Assembly (NCBI GenBank): GCA_964580055.1
Contig: CAZOJI010000011.1
Location: 34,759 to 98,758, forward strand
DNA length: 64,000 nt
Direction of reading: 5' to 3'
Source of the DNA: an uncultured Gemmatimonadaceae bacterium
GTDB lineage: Bacteria > Gemmatimonadota > Gemmatimonadetes > Gemmatimonadales > GWC2-71-9
Shown: positions 35,116-45,551 of the stretch, piece after piece
Numbering within the stretch: position 1 is the stretch's first letter
Layout of the letters: the number at the start of each line of letters is the position of its first letter
Position numbers and translations under genes: made by a program
The notes under the pieces: generated by a model
What the model was told of the DNA's origin: nothing
Database searches by the model: none
What the model saw: only the letters and a program-made list of their open reading frames with translations

Positions 35116-36648
35116 ATGTATCCTTCGATTCACCTTTGTCTGGCGCTCGGCTGCTTTTCGCTGGGAGTTGTTGCTTGTGTACCGGCACGCAGCGAACCGG
35201 TTGCGCCCATGCTGCGCCCCGATCCCATCGTAATCCACGAGCAAACCGATGCCGTGAATCGCCTGCGAGTGGAGTTGGACGAGCTCCTCGCCGATCCTGC
35301 GTTTGCAAACGCGCACTGGGGTGTGATGGTTCAGTCGGTCGAGACCGGAGAGGTGTTCTACCGCAGGAACGCGCGAAAACTCTTTCTGCCGGCGTCCAAC
35401 GTCAAGCTCGTCACCGGGGCGGTGGCCCTAACTCGACTTGGGCCAGAATTTCGATTCAAGACGCGCATCGCCGCCTGCGGGCAGATCGATGCGGCCAGTG
35501 AGACTCTCCTCGGAGATCTGCTTGTTGTGGGTGGTGGAGACCCGGCCATATCGGGGAGATTTTTTGAGGAAGACCCAACCTGGTTGTTTCGAGCATGGGC
35601 CGACACCCTCAAAGCGAAAGGGGTTTCCAGAATAGGCGGCAACCTGGTGGGCGATGATGACCTCTTTGACGACACCCACGTCGGGCCGGGATGGGCCTGG
35701 GACAACTTGGGTGCCGCATACTCGGCGGAAACAGGGGCCCTGCTGTTGAACGAAGGAGCGGTTCGGCTGCGGATCACCCCCGGAGAGTCGGTTGGAGATC
35801 CTGCGAACCTGGTGGTTGAGCCGCCAACAGACTATCTCGAACTCCAAAACATGGCCGTAACGACGGCAGACAGCACCGGCGTCGGGGTTTGGGCAGCGCG
35901 CAAGCCGTTCTCCACCGAGGCAGAGCTCGGCGGACGGCTATGGATCGGTTCCGGCACCGTCACACGGTACGTGCCGCCCCACGATCCAACCATGTATTTC
36001 GTGACCGTCCTGCACGAAACACTCGAGGCGGAAGGCATTGAGATTACAGGAGGGCCGCTCGACCGCGACGAAGCAGTCTCCACGTGTGATTCCGAGACGG
36101 TTCTGTTCGTCCACGAGTCGCCGCCGCTCGAGGAGATCCTCGTGCCTTTCTTGAAGGAGAGTCAAAACCAGATTGGTGAGATGCTGCTGCGTTATGTCGG
36201 AGCGGCGGCTACGGACACAGGGAGTGTAAGAACCGGCCGTCGGGCGGCAGAGTCGACACTGACGGGTTGGGGTATTCCCGACGACGCTTACGTCTACTAC
36301 GATGGCTCGGGCCTGTCGCGTTACAACTACCTTGCACCGGAAGCGGTCGTACGGCTGCTGCGCGTCGTGGCGCTGCTTCCCGAGTTCGATATTTTCTACA
36401 ACGCCTTGCCCATCGCCGGGATTGACGGGACTCTCAGCCGGCGTATGCGCGGGACGGCTGCGGAGGGAAACGTCCGAGCCAAGACCGGTTTTATTTCCAA
36501 CGCAAGGGCCCTCTCCGGATACGTCACGACCGCAGATGAGGAGGTCCTCGCCTTCAGCATTCTTACCAACAACTTCGACACTCCGGTGCGGCCGGTAGAG
36601 TACGTGCAGGATCTGCTGGTTGAGAGGCTGGTGCATTTCAAGCGGTAG
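35116..36648 (+). CDS. dacB: D-alanyl-D-alanine carboxypeptidase/endopeptidase (PBP4, peptidase S13)
   Basis: SxxK (PASNVKL), YDGSGLSRYN and KTG (AKTGFI) motifs. Lipoprotein-like signal ending VVAC. Confidence 0.85.
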   Translation: MYPSIHLCLALGCFSLGVVACVPARSEPVAPMLRPDPIVIHEQTDAVNRLRVELDELLADPAFANAHWGVMVQSVETGEVFYRRNARKLFLPASNVKLVTGAVALTRLGPEFRFKTRIAACGQIDAASETLLGDLLVVGGGDPAISGRFFEEDPTWLFRAWADTLKAKGVSRIGGNLVGDDDLFDDTHVGPGWAWDNLGAAYSAETGALLLNEGAVRLRITPGESVGDPANLVVEPPTDYLELQNMAVTTADSTGVGVWAARKPFSTEAELGGRLWIGSGTVTRYVPPHDPTMYFVTVLHETLEAEGIEITGGPLDRDEAVSTCDSETVLFVHESPPLEEILVPFLKESQNQIGEMLLRYVGAAATDTGSVRTGRRAAESTLTGWGIPDDAYVYYDGSGLSRYNYLAPEAVVRLLRVVALLPEFDIFYNALPIAGIDGTLSRRMRGTAAEGNVRAKTGFISNARALSGYVTTADEEVLAFSILTNNFDTPVRPVEYVQDLLVERLVHFKR

Positions 36649-36878
36649 CGCGGTTGACACAGTCACTATGCGCTGCACTGTAGGCAGGAGATCGGCGCCT
36701 GTCCGGTACCTGCTTACGGCGTGTTTCGTGTAGATCCGGTTCTGGCGTTGCAGGAGTAGGCATGCCGCGATTCTGACGTCGCTAGAAATCGCTCTCCCTG
36801 ACTTGCTGTCTGGTCAGACCCTTCCGTAAAGCGATCACGTTGTCGATGTGCACCGATTGGTTTTCCGGCAAAGGCACG

Positions 36879-37187
36879 TCACCCCTTTTTCTTCCCGATT
36901 CTCACTACACTCTTGAGCTTCGACAGAATGTCGGATCCGTCCACGGCAGTGCCTTCGTCGTTGTAGTAGTCGAACCAGGGGAGGCCGGCGGCTCCTGCGT
37001 ATTCGCGAGCGGTCGGTGGAACGGTCGGCGGTTTCTCGCCCGTGATTTCCCGCCACACCAGGGAGTTTGCTATGTGCACGAAGCAGCGGCTCGAGTGCCT
37101 CAATTCCCAATCATCCAGATTGTGCGGGTCATTGATTCTGCCGGTGGCCACCTTGACCGCGAAGGGATACCGCCCGCTGAGGTTCAC
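36879..37187 (-). CDS. Hypothetical protein, possibly a gene remnant
   Basis: 102-aa ORF with a GTG start in a 660-bp poorly coding gap. A protein-like reading continues in another frame downstream of its stop. Confidence 0.3.
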   Translation of the reverse strand: MNLSGRYPFAVKVATGRINDPHNLDDWELRHSSRCFVHIANSLVWREITGEKPPTVPPTAREYAGAAGLPWFDYYNDEGTAVDGSDILSKLKSVVRIGKKKG

Positions 37188-37314
37188 GCCTTACCGCCCT
37201 ACCGCCGCGCGATCAAGTACATGTGTTTAGCTTAGATAGGTCTGCAACTCAGGGGCTTCGTCACGCCGCATATGCGTTTCCCACCCCACAGCAATCCAAA
37301 GGAGATCGGCCAAG

Positions 37315-40209
37315 ATGAAGCGCATGATTCCGTACGTATTCGTATTCCTGCTGGTGCCGGTATCTGTCTTTGCACAGCAGAAACGCCCGCTCGACCACGA
37401 CGTGTATGATGGCTGGAAAAGCATCCAGGAACAGCGCGTATCGAATGACGGCCGTTGGGTTCTGTATGTTCTGGACCCTCAGGAGGGGGATTCTGAGCTC
37501 CATGTGCGAGATCTGCGCTCCAACGTGGATCATGTTGTTCCGCGAGGTAAGGCCGCTCGGTTTGGTCACGACAACCGTTATGTCGTGTTCGTCATCAAAC
37601 CGGAGTTGGCGCTGGTACGGGAACACCAAGCCGAAAACGGGGGCGTTGAGGGAGAGCCCAAGGATTCTTTGGGATTTCTCGACCTGCGTTCGGGCGAAAT
37701 AGAGAGAGTAGAGCGTGTAAAATCGTACAAACTGCCCGATGACGAGGGCGGCTGGGTTGCGTATTTGCTCGAGGAAGAGCGAGCCGAAACCGATACGACC
37801 GAGAGTGAAATTGAGGAAGTTGGCGAGCCTGGGGCCGGCCAAGGATCGGGCCGAGAAGTAAGGGCGGAAGACGATGATGAGGAGAAGGAGGCCGGCACGG
37901 TGTTGGTTTTGCGCGAACTGACTTCGGGTGTCGAGCGGCGCTACGAAAACGTGATGGAATACGAATTCGCGAAAGATGGCGGGCGCCTCGCTTACACGGC
38001 TTCCAGCAAGGACAGTACGGCTGATGGCGCCTTTTTGGTTGCGGTAGGCTCGGTCGAGCCAACTACTGTGCTTTCCGGCCCAGGGGATTATGGCTCGCCA
38101 ACATTTGACGCTTCCGGAGAGCAGATTGCCTTCCTGGCGAACCTCGAAGACTACTCGGCAGACCAGCCGGCGTTCTCATTGTATCACTACAGGGTTGGTG
38201 ATGAGACAGCTACAGCGGTGGCGTCGGAGGGGAGGGCCGGAATACCGGAGGATTGGTGGGTGAGTGAGAACGGGGAACTCTCTTTCTCGGAAGACGGTAC
38301 ACGACTCTTCTTTGGCACGGCGCCTCGACCTGAGCCCGAGCCAGAAGAAGAGCCGCCAGAGTGGGAAGAGGTGAAGGTAGATATCTGGAATTGGCGGGAT
38401 CCGCTGTTGCAGCCGAACCAACTCGTTCAGTTGGAGAATGAACTGAACAGGACCTACCAGGCGGTAGTCCATCTTTCCGGCGGTCGGGTAGTTCAGTTGG
38501 CGAGAGAAGATATGCCCAACGTAGAGGTCGGATCCAACGGCGATGTGGATGTCGCACTGGCGGTGACGAACATGCCGTACCGTCAGCGAATATCGTGGGA
38601 CTCACCCGCGTACTATGATGTCTATCTCGTCGATGTGAACAGCGGAAACCGCCGAATGGTGCTCGAAGAGTTGCAGGGACGTGGCGCCGACATCTCGCCG
38701 GGCGGTGACTATTTCACCTGGTGGGACGGGCACGACTTGGCCTGGTATGCAATGAGCACGGAGGGAGGTGAACCAATCAACCTCACCAGCGGTATACCGC
38801 ATCCGGTGCATGACGAATCGGACGATTACCCGATGATTCCAGGATCTTATGGTTCGGCTGGCTGGACGGACCACGACGGTCTGTTCCTTCTGTACGACAA
38901 GTACGATGTCTGGGCCGTGGATCCCACTGGAACCCAGGGACCAAGAAGCGTAACTGAAGGTGCCGGCAGGCGAGACAACCTGCGGTTCCGCTACGTGAGT
39001 GTCGACCCCGATGAAGAGTTCGTCGCCGAAGACGACCCGTTACTGCTGAGTGCCTTTGACATGGATAACAAGGATGCCGGTTTCTATCGGGACCGAGTCA
39101 GTGGCGAGGGGCAACCTGAGCGGCTGATCATGGTAGCCAAGTCGTTTGGCGGTCGCTGGACCGGCCCGAGGGTCATCAAGGCCGAAGACGCGAATGTGTA
39201 TATCTACACGCAGCAGAGTTTCCAGGAATTCCCCGATCTTTGGGCCAGCAATCTATCGTTTGGCAATAGGCGCAAGGTCAGTGACGCCAACCCTCAACTG
39301 GCGGAATACCTTTGGGGCACCGCAGAGCTAACGCACTGGCAGTCGACGGATGGGGAGCCGCTCACAGGTTTGTTGTACAAACCGGAGAACTTCGACCCGA
39401 ATCAGAAATATCCCATGATGGTCTACTTCTATGAGACGTACTCGGATCGGCTGCACTCATTCCATTCTCCTTTCGGGGGCGGTTCCAGCATCAGTGAGAG
39501 CTTCTACGTAAGCAGAGGATACGTCGTTTTTGTACCGGACATTCACTATCGCGTTGGGTACCCGGGCGAGAGTGCCTTCGACTGCGTCGTGTCCGGAGTA
39601 CAGAGTGTCGTAGCGCAAGGCTTTGTAGATAGTGACAGGATCGGCGTGCAGGGGCACAGTTGGGGAGGATATCAGATCGCCTATCTCGTCACGAAGACCG
39701 ACATATTTGCCGCAGCGGAGGCTGGGGCACCAGTAGTGAACATGACGAGCGCCTACGGTGGAATTCGCTGGGCATCGGGGTTGAGCAGGATGATGCAGTA
39801 CGAGCGAACACAGAGCAGAATCGGCGGCTCACTGTGGGAGGAGCTCCCGCTGTACCTGGAGAACTCTCCGCTCTTTTCGGCTGACAGAGTCAACACGCCG
39901 GTCCTCATGTTGCATAACGACGAGGACGGAGCTGTGCCATGGTATCAGGGGATTGAGTACTTTGTGGCGCTGCGTCGACTGCACAAGCCGGCCTGGTTGT
40001 TCAACTACAACGGCGAAGCTCACGGGCTTCGGAAGTACCAAAATCAGAAGGACTGGCAAGTCCGCATGCAACAGTATTTCGACCACTACCTCAAGGACTC
40101 ACCCGCGCCGGTATGGCTGGTGGAGGGTGTGCCGGCGGTGAAGAAAGACAAGACTCTGGGCTTGGAGTTGGTAGGGGAAGAATCCGACTCCAGCGTTAGG
40201 AGCAGATAA
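37315..40209 (+). CDS. Large secreted S9 family serine peptidase (964 aa)
   Basis: Signal peptide MKRMIPYVFVFLLVPVSVFAQQ. C-terminal alpha/beta hydrolase with the GHSWGGYQ nucleophile elbow. Confidence 0.85.
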   Translation: MKRMIPYVFVFLLVPVSVFAQQKRPLDHDVYDGWKSIQEQRVSNDGRWVLYVLDPQEGDSELHVRDLRSNVDHVVPRGKAARFGHDNRYVVFVIKPELALVREHQAENGGVEGEPKDSLGFLDLRSGEIERVERVKSYKLPDDEGGWVAYLLEEERAETDTTESEIEEVGEPGAGQGSGREVRAEDDDEEKEAGTVLVLRELTSGVERRYENVMEYEFAKDGGRLAYTASSKDSTADGAFLVAVGSVEPTTVLSGPGDYGSPTFDASGEQIAFLANLEDYSADQPAFSLYHYRVGDETATAVASEGRAGIPEDWWVSENGELSFSEDGTRLFFGTAPRPEPEPEEEPPEWEEVKVDIWNWRDPLLQPNQLVQLENELNRTYQAVVHLSGGRVVQLAREDMPNVEVGSNGDVDVALAVTNMPYRQRISWDSPAYYDVYLVDVNSGNRRMVLEELQGRGADISPGGDYFTWWDGHDLAWYAMSTEGGEPINLTSGIPHPVHDESDDYPMIPGSYGSAGWTDHDGLFLLYDKYDVWAVDPTGTQGPRSVTEGAGRRDNLRFRYVSVDPDEEFVAEDDPLLLSAFDMDNKDAGFYRDRVSGEGQPERLIMVAKSFGGRWTGPRVIKAEDANVYIYTQQSFQEFPDLWASNLSFGNRRKVSDANPQLAEYLWGTAELTHWQSTDGEPLTGLLYKPENFDPNQKYPMMVYFYETYSDRLHSFHSPFGGGSSISESFYVSRGYVVFVPDIHYRVGYPGESAFDCVVSGVQSVVAQGFVDSDRIGVQGHSWGGYQIAYLVTKTDIFAAAEAGAPVVNMTSAYGGIRWASGLSRMMQYERTQSRIGGSLWEELPLYLENSPLFSADRVNTPVLMLHNDEDGAVPWYQGIEYFVALRRLHKPAWLFNYNGEAHGLRKYQNQKDWQVRMQQYFDHYLKDSPAPVWLVEGVPAVKKDKTLGLELVGEESDSSVRSR

Positions 40210-40326
40210 GTTTAGCCGGGATTCTCGGTTGTTGCAGTCAAAGACGCCCATGAAGATGACGAAGGCCCGAGGCATCAAGCGTGCCGCGGGCCTTGATCTC
40301 ATGAAACGGCTACTTGCCGGTGCGTT

Positions 40327-41865
40327 TCACCGCGCACTCCGCGGGTAGTCGTCGATATCCTCCAAACACCACGATATGAAGGAGCGCAGGTCGTTGTTGG
40401 AATTGGCCAGATCCGGCTTCCGCAGATACATCATGTGTCCGCTCTCGTACCATGCGAAGCGGAAACGGTGCCTGAACTCACCGCCTGGCTGAAGATGTGA
40501 GATAGTGTAGATCGCCCCATAGTAGTCGGTGGCGGCATCGTAGTATCCACCTTGGATTAGAACCTTCAGGTAGGGGTTGTCCCGCATTGCCTCCCGAAGC
40601 ATCTCGCCGATGTCTGCCCCGTCGTCTCTATTCCAGGGCCGTACGTTGCCCCAGACATTGTATTCTAGGTCGGGATTGTAGCTCAGTTCCTCTCTGAGAT
40701 AACGATTTACTGCGTCGCTGAAAGGACCGTTCCAGTCCGACATTGCCGGATCGTACTCGGGATGCTCGCCTGCAGCATCTTTGTCTATGCCCAGGTAGCG
40801 GCTGTCCAAGCGGCCCACGGTGAGACGTTGGTCTCGCAGTAGCTCTTTCCAGAAACGCCTTGTGCTGATGCGAACGTTCGCGGACACCACGTATTCAGGG
40901 CTGAGTCCCGTGTAGTGCGCAACTCTCGCAGCAATGTTGTCTCGCTCCGACTCCTCGAACCGGTCACCCTTCATTAGGAACCGTAGGTAATCATCCATCG
41001 CGAAGTCCTCGACTTCGTCGAGGACTTCCCGCACGGGACGAGATTGTAGATCATCCACCAGTTGTCCGTGATACCAGGCTGTTGCAGTCATCTGGGGCAG
41101 GGCAGTGGCGAACGAGACGTCGGTCCCCTGATTTACATCGAGCCCCGTCATTGAAACGAGGATGACGCCGTTCAGAAAGATCCTGTGCGCGTCGACCAAG
41201 TAGCCTGCCAGCCCCGACGCGCGGGTCGTCCCATAACTCTCGCCAATAACGAACTTGGGTGACATCCAGCGGTCTTTACGGAGGATATAGAGGCGAATGA
41301 ACTCCGCGACAGATCGAATGTCTGCGAGAGTACCGTGGTACATGTGAAGGTCCTCACCCTCCAGCATGCGGCTGAACCCGGTCGGGACAGGGTCGATGTA
41401 AACGATATCCGCAACATCGAGAACTGAATGGGGGTTGTTTTCCAGAGCGCCAGGCGGACGTAGAGCAAAGCCTTCGTCGTCGTAGACAACGCGCCTGGGG
41501 CCCGTGTATCCCATGTGCATCCAGACGGAAGCCGTGCCGGGCCCGCCGTTGAACGAAAACAGAAGAGGACGTTCACTCAGATCATCGATCCCGTCCCTCG
41601 TGTAAGCGATGTAGAACATCTTTGCTACGATCTTCCCGTCTTCGCGAATAGGTAGCCAACCGGCCTCGGCGTGGTAGTTGACCGTCTCGTCGCCAATTCG
41701 CGCACTGTGCTGGGTCACGACCGGCTCGTCAGGTAGAAGCTCGGCCTCCGTGCCCGCTTCGGCTTCACTTGACTGTTCGTCGCTTCTCTCTTGTGCATGA
41801 GTCGGGAAACCGTAAGCCAGGAATACGAGGAAAAGAATGGTGGAAAGAACGCGGCTCGCCTTCAT
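40327..41865 (-). CDS. Secreted S10 family serine carboxypeptidase
   Basis: Signal peptide. FNGGPGTASVW and GESYGTTRA motifs. GGAGGA RBS. Confidence 0.8.
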   Translation of the reverse strand: MKASRVLSTILFLVFLAYGFPTHAQERSDEQSSEAEAGTEAELLPDEPVVTQHSARIGDETVNYHAEAGWLPIREDGKIVAKMFYIAYTRDGIDDLSERPLLFSFNGGPGTASVWMHMGYTGPRRVVYDDEGFALRPPGALENNPHSVLDVADIVYIDPVPTGFSRMLEGEDLHMYHGTLADIRSVAEFIRLYILRKDRWMSPKFVIGESYGTTRASGLAGYLVDAHRIFLNGVILVSMTGLDVNQGTDVSFATALPQMTATAWYHGQLVDDLQSRPVREVLDEVEDFAMDDYLRFLMKGDRFEESERDNIAARVAHYTGLSPEYVVSANVRISTRRFWKELLRDQRLTVGRLDSRYLGIDKDAAGEHPEYDPAMSDWNGPFSDAVNRYLREELSYNPDLEYNVWGNVRPWNRDDGADIGEMLREAMRDNPYLKVLIQGGYYDAATDYYGAIYTISHLQPGGEFRHRFRFAWYESGHMMYLRKPDLANSNNDLRSFISWCLEDIDDYPRSAR

Positions 41866-42024
41866 GGGCTTCCTCCAGGCATTTGTCAGAGGTAGAAGAT
41901 GGACGTCGATTCGCCCGCAACGTCTCGGCGTCGAAGATTACGTCATAGGTACGAAGAGGGCAATTGTCTGGGGGGCGAGGAACGGTACGATTGAGCCTGG
42001 GTAGCTGCCACTGCGACGAGGTCG

Positions 42025-42783
42025 TTACCTGTCACCCCGGACGCCCGTCAGATAAGCTCGCATCGAATCCAGAGAAGCTGGGTCTTTCCAGGCCGCTATC
42101 ACCTCTTCCTGCGTCTGTTGGGCGTAACGTTCCATTCGGTCCAGCGTCGGTTGCCGCAATTGACGTTTTGTGATCCTGAATCTGGCAGACGGTTCGGAAC
42201 CAAGCTGACTTGCCACCTCTATCGCTCGGCTCAGCAACTCATCCGGGTCGGCGACCTCGTCGATGAGGCCACGTTCATAGGCCTCTTCGACTCCGTAGGT
42301 CTTTCCTCGGTATACGATCTCCTGAAGGTGAGCCTCTGAAGTGGCAAACCTCAATACTTCCAGCGCTACCAGCGGGAACGGAAGTCCTACGGTCAACTCG
42401 GGCACCCCTATCTTCCCGCTCCCGTTGGCCATCATTCGGTAATCGCATCCCGCTACCAATACACAGCCTCCTGCTATCGCGTGTCCATTGACTGCGGCTA
42501 CGAGAGGCAAGGGAAATCGGAATTGCCGTACGATCATGTCGGTCAGTACTGGGACATATTCATCCACGTATCCAGGCCCGTCATTCAACACTCGATTGAT
42601 GTCCACGCCTGCGCAGAAAATCCTACCCGAGCCGGTTAGAACAACCGCCTCGATGTTCCGGTCACCTTCGATTTCTACGAGCATGTCGCGCAAAGCCGCC
42701 GCCAGCTCTATGTCGATGGCGTGCGCCTTGCCATGATCGAGCTGCAATACTGCGGTTCCCGAGTGGTCAGTTCGTTTGATCAT
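42025..42783 (-). CDS. Enoyl-CoA hydratase/isomerase (crotonase) family protein
   Basis: Has the oxyanion-hole region VLTGSGRIFCAGVD and the AAVNGHAIAGG motif. Start moved to the internal ATG 42783. Confidence 0.8.
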   Translation of the reverse strand: MIKRTDHSGTAVLQLDHGKAHAIDIELAAALRDMLVEIEGDRNIEAVVLTGSGRIFCAGVDINRVLNDGPGYVDEYVPVLTDMIVRQFRFPLPLVAAVNGHAIAGGCVLVAGCDYRMMANGSGKIGVPELTVGLPFPLVALEVLRFATSEAHLQEIVYRGKTYGVEEAYERGLIDEVADPDELLSRAIEVASQLGSEPSARFRITKRQLRQPTLDRMERYAQQTQEEVIAAWKDPASLDSMRAYLTGVRGDR

Positions 42784-43110
42784 GTGCGGAATGTAGTGTG
42801 TCGCGGCCCAATGTGCGCCGGCCTTGACGCCATGGAGAAGAGATCCACCTTCCGCATTCATGCCCGAACTCCCCGGCATCCAGATCTACATCGACGCTCT
42901 CGAGAAACTCGTCGTCGTAGCCGAACTTCGAGCGGTGCGTTTGACGAGTCCGTTTCTGCTCCGAAGCGTGAACCGTTCGTTGTTACCGTGAAGGGGAGAG
43001 GGCGAGCCCTAACGGAGGACGAGATCGTGGCGGCGGTGCAGCATCTCGTGGGCACTGCATTTATCTTTACAATCCGCCAAAGGCTTCACAATCCCACGGG
43101 ACGGTGAGAA

Positions 43111-44397
43111 ATGATCGTATCCAGAGTCATACCCATATCATTTGCCCTTGGAGTACTGCTGCCATCGTACACTCAAACGCAGGGATATGACGCAGAGATC
43201 CGTGGCCTGATTGAGCGTCCGGAGGTCCAATCGGCCTTCACGGAAATCGAAGAACTGGACGGTTGGTCTCTTCAGACTCTCATTGAGTTGACCGAGATAC
43301 CGGCACCTCCGTTCATGGAGTCGGATCGTGCTCGCCGCTACGTCGAGCTGATGCGGGAGGTCGGTGCTGATAGCGTGATAGTCGATTCGATCGGCAACGT
43401 CATCGCCTGGCGCCGGGGAACCGTAGGCGACCAAACCGTGGCGATGGCGGGGCACATGGACACTGTATTTCCCGAGGGGACAGACGTCACGGTCAGATTC
43501 AGAGGCGATACTCTCTATGCGCCGGGCATCGGCGATGACACGAGAGGGCTGGTCGTTGTCCTCACGGCGCTCCGAGCTCTGGTCGAGACCGGCCTGCGGA
43601 CAGAATCTGATCTCGTCTTTATTGGGACGGTGGGAGAGGAAGGTCTGGGTGACCTGAGAGGAGTCAAGTATCTGTTCAGCGATGCCGGGCCTGGAATAGA
43701 CTCCTGGATTGCGGTTGATGGGGGAGGCATTGACCGCATAGTGAACCAGGCTCTCGGGTCGCATCGCTACAAGGTGACATTCATTGGCCCCGGTGGGCAT
43801 TCGTGGGGAGCCTTCGGACTCGGCAATCCGGCGCACGCTCTCGGGAGAACAATCCGGCTGTTCGACGAAGCTGCCGCGGAGTTCGTGGCTGACGGCCCGA
43901 GGACGAGCTACAACGTGGGGCGCATTGGAGGGGGTACGTCGGTCAATTCAATTCCGTACGAAGCCTGGATGGAGGTGGACATGCGGTCGGAGAGCCCCGA
44001 CAGACTAAATGGAATCGACGGGATCTTCCAAGGTGCGGTCCGTCAAGCACTGCGAGAACAGAACTCGGTGCGGCTGCGTGGTGAACCGCTGACGGTGGAT
44101 GTTGAGATGATCGGCGACAGACCTTCCGGAACCATTCCCGAAACCACACCGCTGTTGCAGAGGGTGGAGGCCTCGGCACGTTACTTCGGTGGAGAACCCA
44201 GTTTTGGGACCGGCTCCACAGATTCCAATATACCCATTTCGCTGGGAGTGCCGGCAATTACGATCGGGCGAGGTGGCGCAGGTTCAGGGGCACATTCGCT
44301 CAACGAATGGTGGATGAATAAGGATGGGCACGTTGCTATTCAGCATGCGTTGACAGTCATGATTGCGGAGGCAGGTCTGGCGGGAGTGCTGCCATGA
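43111..44397 (+). CDS. Secreted M20 family metallopeptidase
   Basis: GHMDTVFP, GIGDDTRG and GEEGLGDLRG metal-ligand motifs. N-terminal hydrophobic leader. Confidence 0.8.
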   Translation: MIVSRVIPISFALGVLLPSYTQTQGYDAEIRGLIERPEVQSAFTEIEELDGWSLQTLIELTEIPAPPFMESDRARRYVELMREVGADSVIVDSIGNVIAWRRGTVGDQTVAMAGHMDTVFPEGTDVTVRFRGDTLYAPGIGDDTRGLVVVLTALRALVETGLRTESDLVFIGTVGEEGLGDLRGVKYLFSDAGPGIDSWIAVDGGGIDRIVNQALGSHRYKVTFIGPGGHSWGAFGLGNPAHALGRTIRLFDEAAAEFVADGPRTSYNVGRIGGGTSVNSIPYEAWMEVDMRSESPDRLNGIDGIFQGAVRQALREQNSVRLRGEPLTVDVEMIGDRPSGTIPETTPLLQRVEASARYFGGEPSFGTGSTDSNIPISLGVPAITIGRGGAGSGAHSLNEWWMNKDGHVAIQHALTVMIAEAGLAGVLP

Positions 44398-44475
44398 ACC
44401 GGCGCGTTGAATCGGCGGGGTCTCGCGAGATTCTGAAAGCGCTGCTGCGCCTCTGAGATCTGACTTGCGTCCATC

Positions 44476-45450
44476 ATGCTGGCTCTTTGGCTAGAGAACC
44501 AGGTACCGACCGTCCGCGGCGACGTGCCGATACCGGACCCGCCTGAGGGCGAGTCGCTGGTAAGGGTGCTTCGTGCCGGTATCTGTAGCACCGATCTCGA
44601 GCTGCTGCGCGGCTATTATCCCTTTACCGGAGTGTTGGGGCATGAGTTCGTCGGGGTTGTGGAAGCCGGACCCGATAATCTCGAGGGCAGACGGGTTGTT
44701 GGTGAAATCAACGCGACGTGTGGCGAATGCTCAAACTGTGTTGCCGGGCGCTCGAATCACTGTTCCCACCGCACCGTATTGGGTATCGCGGGCAGAAACG
44801 GGGCATTCGCCGAGTACCTCACGCTCCCCACTAGCAATCTCCACGTGGTGCCGGACAATGTGACGACTGAGGCCGCGACTTTCACCGAACCCTTGGCAGC
44901 CGCGCTGCGCATAGGAGAGCAGATCGGCTTTTCGACCAACACGCGCGTGCTAGTGGTGGGTGATGGGCGCCTGGGGCAGCTGGTGGCACAGACGTTGAGC
45001 CTGACGGGGTGCGAGTTGCTTGTGCTCGGGAACCATCCCGAAAAACTCGCCATCCTCTCGAACCGAGGAATCGAAACGCAACTCTCGAAACACGCAGATC
45101 TTGAGGAGTTCGATATCGCGGTTGAGTGCACCGGGAACGCCAGCGGTTTCGCGATAGCACGAGCCGCATTGCGTCCCCAGGGAAGATTGGTGATGAAGAG
45201 CACCTATGTTGGTGACTTGGCCATCGATGCCGCTGCCGTAGTGGTGAACGAGCTTCATCTTATTGGCTCGCGCTGCGGACCTTTCGCGCCTGCGCTCGAG
45301 CTGCTGGCCGATGGAGCGGTCGACGTGGAGCCGTTGGTTTGCGCTCGATACCCGCTGACTGAAGGCGTGGCCGCTCTCGAACACGCTCAACGCCCGTCCG
45401 TGCTGAAGGTGCTGTTGGAAGTAGATGACACTCCATACATATCACGCTAG
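44476..45450 (+). CDS. Zinc-dependent medium-chain alcohol/polyol dehydrogenase
   Basis: Has GICSTDLELLRG, GHEFVG, structural-zinc CGECSNCVAGRSNHC and VVGDGRLG. Confidence 0.85.
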   Translation: MLALWLENQVPTVRGDVPIPDPPEGESLVRVLRAGICSTDLELLRGYYPFTGVLGHEFVGVVEAGPDNLEGRRVVGEINATCGECSNCVAGRSNHCSHRTVLGIAGRNGAFAEYLTLPTSNLHVVPDNVTTEAATFTEPLAAALRIGEQIGFSTNTRVLVVGDGRLGQLVAQTLSLTGCELLVLGNHPEKLAILSNRGIETQLSKHADLEEFDIAVECTGNASGFAIARAALRPQGRLVMKSTYVGDLAIDAAAVVVNELHLIGSRCGPFAPALELLADGAVDVEPLVCARYPLTEGVAALEHAQRPSVLKVLLEVDDTPYISR

Positions 45451-45551
45451 GGAGCTAGTTGGGCATTCGCGCGGGGGCAACCAAACGTACGCGGGCACTC
45501 GGTCGTTCAGTCGCAATTGCTACTCGTGGCAGCCGTTCTAGATTTCACTTT

